Shown piece after piece: positions 24,665 through 35,000 of a DNA stretch of 64,000 bases; within the stretch, counting starts at the first letter, position 1; the number at the start of each line of letters is the position of its first letter. The notes under the pieces are model-generated. The model ran no database searches. It was not told the DNA's origin and saw nothing but the letters and a program-made list of their open reading frames with translations. The stretch comes from Takakia lepidozioides (lineage: Eukaryota > Plantae > Bryophyta): contig CM060734.1 in the NCBI GenBank assembly GCA_030704615.1, positions 48,918,001 to 48,982,000 on the forward strand. Direction: 5' to 3'. A program made the translations under genes and the position numbers.

Positions 24665-26346
24665 CAGACACTTATCCGAAGTTGGTTTCCAATTACTCTT
24701 TGGTGTCAGAAAAATTGGATGAGGGCCTGGCTCTTCTGAAGTCCAACGTGGACGATGGGACATAAGGATTTTATATGTCGCAATGACATCGGCCACATGA
24801 CAGTCCACTGGCATCCTATGTTGTTCAACTGAACACTTTGTAATATCAACTCTCCAATTTTTGGACATTGCTTGTGTGAATCATAGCACTTCTGTTCCTG
24901 TTGGCAGAACATGTAATTTGAAATCTGCGTTAGTAACACTCCTTAGTTCTAATGATGCTCGAATAAAAAAACACTTTGTGCAGTACCATCCAAAACAGAA
25001 GTTCATTCCATTTGGAGTAGTTGCTTGACACTTATCATGTGATAGCATCTTCAATTCTTCAGCAGGAACATCACTTCTCTTAGTTTCCTTGCCCATTCCA
25101 GCTTTTCGAGCTCTAGTAGCGGCTTCACTACCGGCGTCTCTAAGTACTTTCTTAAACCTAGAATCGTGGAAAATGCGAATTGGATCATGTCCCACACTCG
25201 TTTGTGCTGACCGTTCAGCCTGACGAGCTCTCATAATTCAATTTATAGCCCTCAACATCCCTTGCATACTGCCGGGAGGATATAGATTACCGTCCTTTTT
25301 ACGGACCTGCAGAACAAACTTTGTTAACATATCCACCAAAGGATTTATGTTCTTGAGTTCTGACAAGTCCTCGATTGGTTTTTCAGTATCAAACCCTCGA
25401 AAAGTCCTCCACTCATTGAAAGCATTGCGAGCCCATTTCTCGGCCGCTTTGCTTCAACGTCGTCCCCTGATGTTGACGTTGTGTAACTCAGCATCATCAA
25501 TAGTAGCAAACCGCGAACTAAGAACTCCACAATTAGTATCCCAAGGTTGTATAAAAATCTCTTGATTGGTAGCATCTTGAGGACAATATTCAGAATTGAG
25601 CATATTACCATCTTCATCAAATTCTTCGCCAGGGTTGAAATTGCCCTGAACATCAGACACTGGGACATCTATTCCTCCAATAGATTTAAACGACTCGAAG
25701 ACAAGTACATTGCAGAATGAAAATCCTCTCGATCATTTTGTAGTAACATCATGCATCAACTTAGGAAACGAGATATTGACATGAGGATCTATCGCTGGAG
25801 GTAACTCATGAACTGGTGCTGGAGAAACAAATGATTCATGGATGTCCTTATCAAGTCCAAGATCAAAAGCATAAAAAAAGTCAGATATAGGGATTGATTC
25901 AATTTGCTCAACTGCAGGTATCAAAGGTTTCAAGTTTCAACTCTGATGCAGTGACTGAAGGAATAGATGAAGCATCCGTTGATTCTTCTGTAATTCTCTC
26001 AAAAACAATATCAGACGCTACATCAAGGTCTGGACCCTTAGTTTCACTCAAAACCACTGCAGAAAGCGGATCCACGACATATGTAACAACTGGATGAGGC
26101 AAAACTGAATCAACAGGTGCATCTGGAGAATCAACTAGTAATTACACGAGGAAGCGACCGTAGAGGCAATGAAACTGCACTCGTAAATGCTACTGGCAAC
26201 AACACACTTTGTAGCACGACCGCCGAAAACATCGTCGACAGACCGCAAAGGATCACTAGAAACTGTTTGCGCAATAGAAACTTCTAATGAAGGTATCTTG
26301 TAATGTACCCGCAGCTTCTTATTACAATTTTCATTACCTTCCATGA
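24665..26346 (-). pseudogene. Crypton-like (DUF3504-type) tyrosine recombinase, N-terminal half (inverted)
   Basis: One frame from 25660 to ~24668 with three in-frame TGA stops: AEKWARNAFNEW...LVDMLTKFVLQVRKKDGNLYPPGSMQGMLRAI...TTPNGM...FFIRASLELRSVTNADF...SKNW...IFLTPKSNWKPTSDK. The upstream low-complexity part to ~26346 is frameshifted. Confidence 0.8.
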
Positions 26347-26524
26347 TGAGGATGCAGAAAAGAACAGACAACAAACTACTATTGAATGCACAAAAATGAG
26401 CACATACAGACAACGACTAAAAACAATGCTGAAAAATGATTGAAATATCAAGACCACTTGAGACTCGACGCCGTGCTGGAAAGATGATAAAGATAAAGAG
26501 GGGGGGGACCAGAAATTATTTACG

Positions 26525-26570
26525 TAGGGTAAAGCACCTGGGCTCGGTGGAGCCCAAGTGCTTTACCCTA
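26525..26570. repeat. 21-bp-arm hairpin upstream of the recombinase gene
   Basis: TAGGGTAAAGCACCTGGGCTC-GGTG-GAGCCCAAGTGCTTTACCCTA (1 mismatch). Confidence 0.85.
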
Positions 26571-27189
26571 TACATCATCATCCCTTCCAAAGGTGCAAGA
26601 CACCTTTGGGGCATTTGGGGCATGTTCCAAAGAAATTGACGAGACGATGACCTAGTTACGATGACGTGTCTATGATGACATGTTTACAATGACGTGTCTA
26701 CAATCACGTGGCGACAAAACGTGGCGACGATGACGAGGCACTATGGCACCCTATTTTTGCTCTACTTTAAACTAGCTTCCGACCTTCGGTCGTCGCTAGA
26801 ATTACTGAGTGCGGAACTCCACGGAGTTGTCCGTGCGGACAATAAAGATCAAAGGAATCAATTTATTTGTAATAGAACTGACAAGCTATTTGGTCGCTGC
26901 TGAGCTTCAATGGCGGAGGCTCGGAACCGTGAGTCCAACTGCGGGGGAGGAAGTGGTTCCACAGGAGTTCAGATCAGTCTACAACTGTGTGGTGAGACGC
27001 TGAAGGCCTTGTTTGGGCACTAGACAGAGCACGAAAAAGAGCTGGGGGTGTTGCGTCCGATTCCTGAAATCTCCAAAGTTGCGTCTTTGGTTGCTGGGTT
27101 ACGAGTTTCCTTAGACAGTGCGAGCACTGCACAGTCTCTGTAGCCATCCAATCATCTTGATATTCATGATGGCAGGTGGCCAAAGGTAC

Positions 27190-27255
27190 CTTGATAATAC
27201 CTCTCTTCCTGTCAAGCTCATATTTCACCTTTCTTCCTTTTCCAATCTCCACAAC
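27190..27255 (-). pseudogene. Orphan soluble pyrophosphatase exon (VVEIGKGRKVKYELDRKRGIIK)
   Basis: 66-nt exon with an intact CAG acceptor and GT donor; 57/66 nt identical to exon 58689-58754 of the PPase gene in this window. Confidence 0.85.
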
Positions 27256-27646
27256 CTGCATAAATAGATCTCTGAAAATGTTGTGTTTGGCTTGTGGGAG
27301 CTGTCACATGACATTCTATGCGTCCTTTGCTTTTCGTGTACAATTTAGTATTGCACATCTTCTTTGGAGGAACCATAATATTTCAGTCCCTCCATGGTAC
27401 TACCTCATGAGCAAGTTCCTTGCATGCTACATCCTCAATGCCACTAGTCTCCCTCCTTTCAACCCACCACCAAAGTTCATACTCACAAGGAATGAGAGAA
27501 CAGGCTGCTTTGAGAAGTTCTCAAAAAGTTTTATGTGCAACACAGACCACGCACCACCGCTCTCAAACTCTACACAGATAACTTTCTTGAAATTAGGGAT
27601 AATTATTTCATCATGCCCTCCTACCTCACTTGGAAGTGAGCGCCTC

Positions 27647-28914
27647 TGGTTCATGGAGAGTCCAATCAGTGTGAACACTTTGAGAAATATAATGAGAAAT
27701 ATGACTTTTGATATGCCTGAGCTGGCTGCTACGATCATTACAAACAAGACAGGACACAACACTGGAATTAGACGTATGGAAGAGGTCTTTGTGCCGATCG
27801 AGTACGGGATGGAGTTATCAGGTCATAGAGATCCAAAGTCATACTCGAAATACAACAGAAGCACTAAACATATTCGAGATATGGCTATGCAACGTGTCAT
27901 TGCGGGTGAAGCGAATGGAAAACCCTTAAAGTTTGAGGAAGCAATGGTGGAAGAGACCGAGAAGTACAAAAAATTCGTAGAATCTGAAGCTTCTGATTTC
28001 CTTCAGGTGGAAGGTGCTAACTAGTGTTGGACTGGTATCAAGTTTTTAACATACCAGTTGGGTCCTGGTCAGGCGTATCACAAAGTTTTCATACCAGTCT
28101 GGTCTATATAATGGTGGATGTATATTTGTCCAAATACTGGTATGAGTATGAGTATCATGACCACAATACCAGCTGGTATGAGGTATCAACTATGGTATCA
28201 TCCTTTATGTGTATTGTATTTATTTTCACTTGATATTTGCTAAGTAAATATACATAAATACAAATGTATAGGCAAATGTACACATAAATTAATATGGTAC
28301 ACATACCAGAGTAAATGAGGTAGACTGCGGGGGAGTACTGGTATTGTGGCTGGTATGAAAAAACTGATACCAGCCTGGTCTGGTACATGACCAAGTATTC
28401 TCCCAACGATACCAGACTGGTCTGGTATCTAATACCAGTGCATATACCAGTACTTTATACCAGTCCTTCACCTATATACCAGTCCAACACTTGTGCTAAC
28501 TATGTGGCTCAATCAGTTTATCTTTCGACTGGAATTGAATCTGATAATTCAACGGTTACTGGAACTGTTCCATGTGCTTCGCATTCAGTGGTTACTGCGC
28601 CTATTAAAGAACCGTGCAGCATTTCATCTGCCGATGATACATTTTGGGGCAGTGCTACAGGTAATTTGGCACTTGAAGACGAAATCAATCGCTATAGAGA
28701 ACGTATGAAAGGTCGCAGCAATTTTGAGGGTGCTTCTGCTATCAATGTTATTAATTCTTGTTCAGGCCACAAGTTTGAAAACATGTCAAACTGTCCTATC
28801 ACGATAGTCAATATCGTAGATCCTCATGCCGGTGCTAAATTGCTGAGAGAGCTTCAGATTCCAAACTCGATCAGAAAAGAAGACCAAGAGAATGTTCCCC
28901 CAACTATAAATTGA
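27647..28914 (+). pseudogene. Crypton-like tyrosine recombinase, C-terminal half (interrupted by a hAT MITE)
   Basis: WFMESPISVNTLRNIM...ITNKTGHNTGI...MELSGHRDPKSYSKY. Removing 28022-28500 gives in-frame QVEGAN-YVAQSV... ending FENMSNCPITIVN...PPTIN*. Confidence 0.8.
28022..28492. mobile_element. hAT-type MITE
   Basis: TIR TAGTGTTGGACTGGTAT / ATACCAGTCCAACACTT, 8-bp TSD GTGCTAAC (28014-28021, 28493-28500), many CTGGTA/TACCAG subterminal repeats. Confidence 0.93.
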
Positions 28915-29218
28915 AACTTTTCAGCTCCCTGATGTAGGTATAGATTCTTTCATGTTCAATTTCATTTCATGATGTACATCCTTGAGATCAAGATCTGAGA
29001 TGTAGAGTTGAGATCTGAGATCTAGACTTGACAATTGCGATCTGAGACTCATTCTGTGATTCAATAAATGCTCTTTTGAATGAGCACGTTACTGCAGATT
29101 TTCAATGAGAATTTACTTGACATTTAGATGACTTGATTTCAGAAAAGATGCCAGAAATAAAATAAAAGGAAGGGGGAAGAAGTCGAAAAGAAGAGGGAAA
29201 GAAGGGAGGGGTAAGAGG

Positions 29219-29340
29219 AGTGCGTTCCAGGAGCGTAACGCACGCTGACAGCCTGGCGAGTGCGTTCCTCGAGCGTAACCCACTCTGCCAGCCTGGCGAG
29301 TACGTTCCACTCTTGAACGTCCCTGCACGTAACCCTAGAG
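29219..29340 (+). repeat. ~40-bp GC-rich tandem repeat (about 2.5 units) in the putative Crypton 3' terminal region
   Basis: AGTGCGTTCC...GAGCGTAAC...CAGCCTGGCG is repeated. Confidence 0.7.
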
Positions 29341-29764
29341 TGGGTTTCACAAGTAAAAGGGCCCGCAATATACAAAGGAATTTCTCCCCAAATTCTTTAT
29401 GTATAGCATAAGGCCCCAGGAGGGGGCCTTCTTAAAATAAGGGGCCTGCCACGAGGCGATAGCCGAGTGCGGCCCTGAGTTTCGGGAAGGCCCGAGTCCG
29501 AGGGCCTTACATGGCGTAAGGAAATAGGCTCAAATTTCTTTACGAACAGACGGTTTGGATTATTTTCATCTACGGCCACGATTGCTTCGGCTAGAAGGAA
29601 GAACCTTACGGGGCGTAAGGTCGAGAGGATGGCACCTTACGCCCACTAAGGTACCCTCCACACACACTAAGAATTTGAGCCAATTCTTTACGTCCCCGCA
29701 TCCTGCATTGTCCCCAGAGTTCTTCGAAGACAGATATCTACCGAGGGCCTAAGTCTTGTGAAGC

Positions 29765-30060
29765 TGCAAGCAAAGGTAGTAAAGATGATGGAGGATGCAG
29801 GTGTGGGAAAGGAGCGGAGGAGATTGTCTTTGCATTTAAGGGAGGCTGGACAGATCCCGGACACACGCTTTGTGTTGCATGATGTGGAGGAGGAGACAAA
29901 TGAAATTTGTTTTTGCAACCACAGCTAAAAACTGGCCCTTTGGGCTAGTGAGCACTTCCCCTGGGACGCCGCTCTACATTACCAAAAATCTTCCGGTTTG
30001 TGGTGACTGCCAGACTGTCACCAAGTTCATCTCAAAAATTGTTGCACGGGATGCAAACCA
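29765..30060 (+). pseudogene. Decayed E+/DYW domain fragment
   Basis: AKVVKMMED...[66 protein letters not shown], with a stop, a frameshift and deletions. Confidence 0.85.
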
Positions 30061-32051
30061 CGCAGCAAGATTTTACTAAACCAGAGGAACAACACCAGCT
30101 CAGTCATGATCTATATAGATTGTTTGCTCATGCCCAACCTGCCTTTGAACACATGGAGATGTACGGGAGAGCTCTTGATTACTGTCACGATGGGTGTTTT
30201 TCGAGTATGCTCTTTAACTCTGTGTGTCACTTTTTCTCAAGCCTCCCCTGGACATGATAAAGCCAAGGTCCACAGCGAGCTGCTTGTCACTTAAACTTTG
30301 GGCCTACAATGGAGTCAAAATCTTCCCTCTTGTCTCAACTCCCCCCATACTTCTGCCATCCAAACTGGTGTTTCACCAATAATCCCCATACCTGCGGCCG
30401 ATGGGGACATGACCCCCCAGAAACAGAATATTCTGCCGGGAAATTCTCCCTGAAGTCGAGTTGTGGGTCCCAAAACAATATTGCACTTAGGGCCAAAAAG
30501 TTTCCTAAAAATTTACTAAATTGTATAATTTTTTTCACATTGTGGAGCATTAGCATGGCACCCACACATCTACCGTCCGGTTTTTTTAAAAAGTTAGGAA
30601 ATATTGCACCTCCTTTGGAGGTTCCTGTCACCATTTAATTTTTCACTTTTTTTACCTCCACATACACCCATACAGAGCAGCCCATAGAAAAAACCCTCAT
30701 ATGGCCCTAAAATTTGCAAGGACATAGTCATGGCACCAGTGCATTGGAATTTGTGGGTCTCGAAGCAATGAAAATTATAAAAAGCCAGCATTTATTCTGG
30801 TCAAACCTTCTTTTGGTAGGAGTATTGTGTGGAAGCTCAAATTCAAGGTCCACAAAGGCATTATAATATTTCTATTTTTATGATGAAATCATGCCAAATT
30901 TGGAGGGGTTATACATAACCAAGCTAGGTACAATGTTGTATGGTTGAAACCTGTGGATGAAAGGTGGTAAGGAGTTATGGGCATTTTAGTGTTACGGGGT
31001 ACCAAAATGTTGAACACGGGCTCAGTGGGAGGTTAAGGGTTAACTGGTAAAAAAAAAAAAAAGTTAAGTGCCATCCCAGGCTCAAATCCTGCTACCCACT
31101 TGTGTGGGGTATAATAATGATCTCCCCCTTTCCCTGAATCAGGAGGGGCCTAATAGGGTTCACTTTCAGTGGTGGGGAAAAAAATAGAAGGGCAGTTGGG
31201 AAGGGTGCGAGGGGAGAGTGTCAGACGGGGCGGCGAGTCAAACAGGAAGGGAAACAACCATCGCTAGTTTGCTTTCACTCTGCACCACACGCCCTGCGCT
31301 GCTTCCTGTGTGTGGCCATGCTGTGCCAGGGACTGTCCTTGATTGCATCTGTGCTGGGGTCAAGCTGCGCTCACCCTGATATGCTGTCTGCGTGATTTGG
31401 TTACAACGACTTGGGGTGATACGTTGTAACGAGGGAAACGTGGTGATGCTAACAAGTAGGTGGACGAAGCTTGATTTTGCATGATGTGAATTAACAACTG
31501 CAGAGATATATCGGTTCTCGGGATTTTGCTGCATTTGCACGGGAAATGTGGATGTTTGGTTAAGACTTTAGGGCTGAGCTTCTGCAGGTTTTGTTTGTGA
31601 GGAGCTTGCCTCACACTGGGAGCTTCTTCTGCAGTACCTTCCTGGCCATTATTGCAAGTTATGAAGCTCTTGTAGCAGCGGTATGCGTGTTGGGTGGGGA
31701 TTTCATTTTTCAATTGGCGAGTAATCCGGTCGTATGCTATCTCCTCCTTCACACAGTTCGTTTGTGCCGCAGAGTTGCTCCACCAGGTATGTGCTGTATC
31801 TTTGCGAAGACTGCAGACGTTGCATATGCAATTGTATGTGCGGGCATTTGTTTGTGTAGGAAATTGAGCCATTTCGACTACTTTAGTTTGCACGCCATGA
31901 AGATGTTTCGACGCGGCATTGTCCAGGAAGAGCTCGTGGTTATAAAATCCAGTTGGAGCAGAGTAAACTGAAGTGTATCAAATTGGCCACGCTATCGACG
32001 GGTATATTCTTCCACTACACTGGGATATAGGGTAGGCATAGAGGAAACTCG

Positions 32052-35000
32052 ATGGGAGCAGGTGAGCTGCTGCGAGCGCCACAGATCGTGTGCGGAAGAA
32101 GGCAAGTATTGGCTAGTGTCGCACAGCACAAATCATCAGTGACAAGAAGGACAAAATGCTTTCAGGTCCCTATGACAAGTTCTCAAGTAGCCGACCGTGA
32201 TGATGCGCTTACAATACTTAGGATCTCTGCTCAGAAGGGCCCGTCACTGGCCACATCTGCTGTAGTTAGCCCTAGAAAGCAACATCCAGGTGAGAAGAAT
32301 GGGGTACGGCACAGAGAAGTCTCTGTTCCATGCTCTGAGTCTGGTCTAGCGGAAACCGTTTCTGACTCGTCTGTCATCTTTGACTCCATTGGATCTGATT
32401 CTTTGCCAGTCTCCCCATCATCATTAACTGGCCCATCAGAGCGGAGCCCTGGAAATTACTATACAGAGGCCGGAATTGAGGTGGTAAAATCTCTAGAAGA
32501 AGCTGAAAACGAGTTGCTGAAAACGGTATCTGGAAAAGACCATGGAGTTTTCCCAATAAGGAATCCTGGATTTGAGAAAAATCCGTCAGGACTGTCAGCA
32601 GAGTCTCCAAGCTCGGACGCAGAGAGCAATGCCTTTCAGATAGAAGGCCAACTTATGTCGCCACAGGCTGCGTTGGAGATGAAATTGGCAGAGGAGCAGC
32701 ATGTTGCCAGGCAAGCTCATTTGTTGAAGACTCTACAGGAGCCTGTTGTAGCTGCAGCCGTCATGGTCACAGAAGTTGCAGGTGCTTTAATTGGTACGAA
32801 AGAGGATAAATTAGTGGCGCCTCTAAAAAATATGGCAGTTGATGAGCAAGTTTTGGACAAGGAATCAATGCAGCCTGTGGAGATGACTGTCAAGGGCAAG
32901 AACATGCTAGAGCAGCTTCGAGAAATCATTCTATTTGCAGGCCCAGCTCTTGGCATTTGGATGTCAGGTCCACTGATGAGCCTTATCGACACTGCTGTGA
33001 TTGGCAATAGCAGCTCTCTGGAACTTGCTGCTCTTGGTATGTACGACAAGCATCTCTTAATTTTAAATAACTTGAAAATGTTAGCCTAGATAGTATTGTG
33101 CAAACAAAACTAGGAAATAAAGTAAACCTGTTAGAAGTTGAACATGTTCTTCAAAACACTAAGAGGCTTGCCAATAAGCCCTTCATGGGCTGACACATTT
33201 GCAAGGATTCTAGTATGTTAGGGTTTTAGAAATAATCATTCTGAATATTGGTAAGATCCTAGGGGCTTGAACTTGACTCTCATTTGGGATAAGCCAGGGT
33301 GTGTAGATAACCCCCTGCTCCCTACTTGGGTGAGTCTTTGAGATATGTCATGGTAGCAGGAGCTATGGCACAAACAACCAAACCTACGGACATGAACCTT
33401 TGTTTTTTCAGGGTCATGATAAATGCAGATTACCCTGTAGAATATTTCATGTACAGTTGCACATGATAGGATCTGTTTTAAATACTTCAAATAAAGGAAC
33501 TGAGCAGTAATTGTTTGAAGTATGTGGGTATTTCGTTTCAGACTAAAGTTTTTGCTGCTTTTGAAGTTTGTGGAGAAAATGCATAACTAGCATGTATCAT
33601 GAACACAACTCACCTGGAAATATGGAGTTCATGCTTTGCAAGTATCTAATTTTATCTCGTGGGTACAATGTCAGGGCCAGGAACTGTCTTGTGTGATCAA
33701 ATGTGCTATGTGTTTATGTTTCTTTCCGTGGCTACTTCGAACTTGATTGCCACTTCTCTTGCACAACAGGTTAGTCCTAGTGTGTCATATATGTCCCTCT
33801 TTCATTTGGAAAAGGGAACTCCTGAGAAGAATTGGACAAGCAGATATTATTTTCTGATATGACGAATTAATTCCTGGTTTCTTTTGCTGGACTGGATGTC
33901 TCTTAATAGGGTATGGGCCCTATTATGGTCCATTTTGTGGTGTTTCATAGTCTCTGAGGGCTGACTTTCTCAGCTATCTTGTAGGATGAAGCAGAGGCAG
34001 CGCGCCATCTATCCAGGCTGCTGTTTGTGTCTCTAGCTTGTGGTGTGGCCATGCTTCTATTCACAGAGTTTGGGGCAACATCGTTGCTCCAAGGTAGGGA
34101 GGAATCTGCACTTTGAAGGTGTCTAGGAACCTTTTCTCATTTTACTGTGCACAGCCAAGAATGCACCTAAGCTTTGTCTTTCAGTAAAGGTGGAGCTTGT
34201 GATTTATAATGTGGATATGATGGTCTCAATGTGCCTAGAAGTGCACATTGCGACAGTGTCAGTGAAATATAGAGTAAGATGCTTGTCTTGGGGTTCTGTG
34301 TTGTTTCCAGCTTTTGTTGGAGCTAGGAATGCTGGTATGGTTCCTGCGGCAAGAACATACGTTCAGGTAAGGTTACCAAGTTACTCTCTTCAAAGTACTG
34401 GTGTGTACGCCATAGACTGTGTAAGTCTGTTTTTCGTGGCGCATCTGGAGTGAGCCTGTATCTATGCACAAATTAAGAAATAAGCTGGCAGCTTTCTTTG
34501 TCAATTGAGGTAGAGGAGAGCTTTTAGGCAGGCAGACAATGAAAGAAATCTCCTGAGTGTAGACTGGTGACCTTGTTCCACCTGCATCTCTTTGTGATAG
34601 AAAGGTAGATGAATATGTTCTGAAGTGGTGGTATATTATTGCTGCACAGATCAGGGCCTTGGCATGGCCAGCGATACTTGTGGGTATGGTCGCCCAGAGT
34701 GCAAGGTATACAGCGATCACCAATATTTGGTAGTCTCAGTATTCTACTGAATGAGACGCACTCAGAGTATTGCCCAGGACGTTCAATTGCTTCCAGAAAT
34801 CTGTCAGTGAGGCCCAAGGGGTTATTGCTGGGAAAGCAAATAAAAAGGAGGCCTTTTGATATCTGTTGCAAATTGTGCTCAATTTCTTAATTCTCTACAT
34901 GCTTAGGACACAAGGCTATGGCAAACAACGTCTTATGAGTACATTTCTCTCCACATACTTCTAAAGACTTGGAAATTGCCCCAACCGTCTAGTTTATTGC

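Noticed and set aside
27176-27646. First ~155 codons of the 282-aa ORF as part of the recombinase
   Set aside because: They are antisense to the PPase exon and intron-like DNA; recombinase similarity starts only at WFMESP.
26947-27646. PPase exon as cargo captured by the Crypton
   Set aside because: It appears to lie outside the candidate 5' terminus (26946) and is more likely flanking DNA carried by the inversion; cannot be settled from one copy.
30291-31043. Additional piggyBac-like MITE
   Set aside because: The right end (GGTTAAGGG-TTAA) looks correct, but the left end matches too poorly to call.
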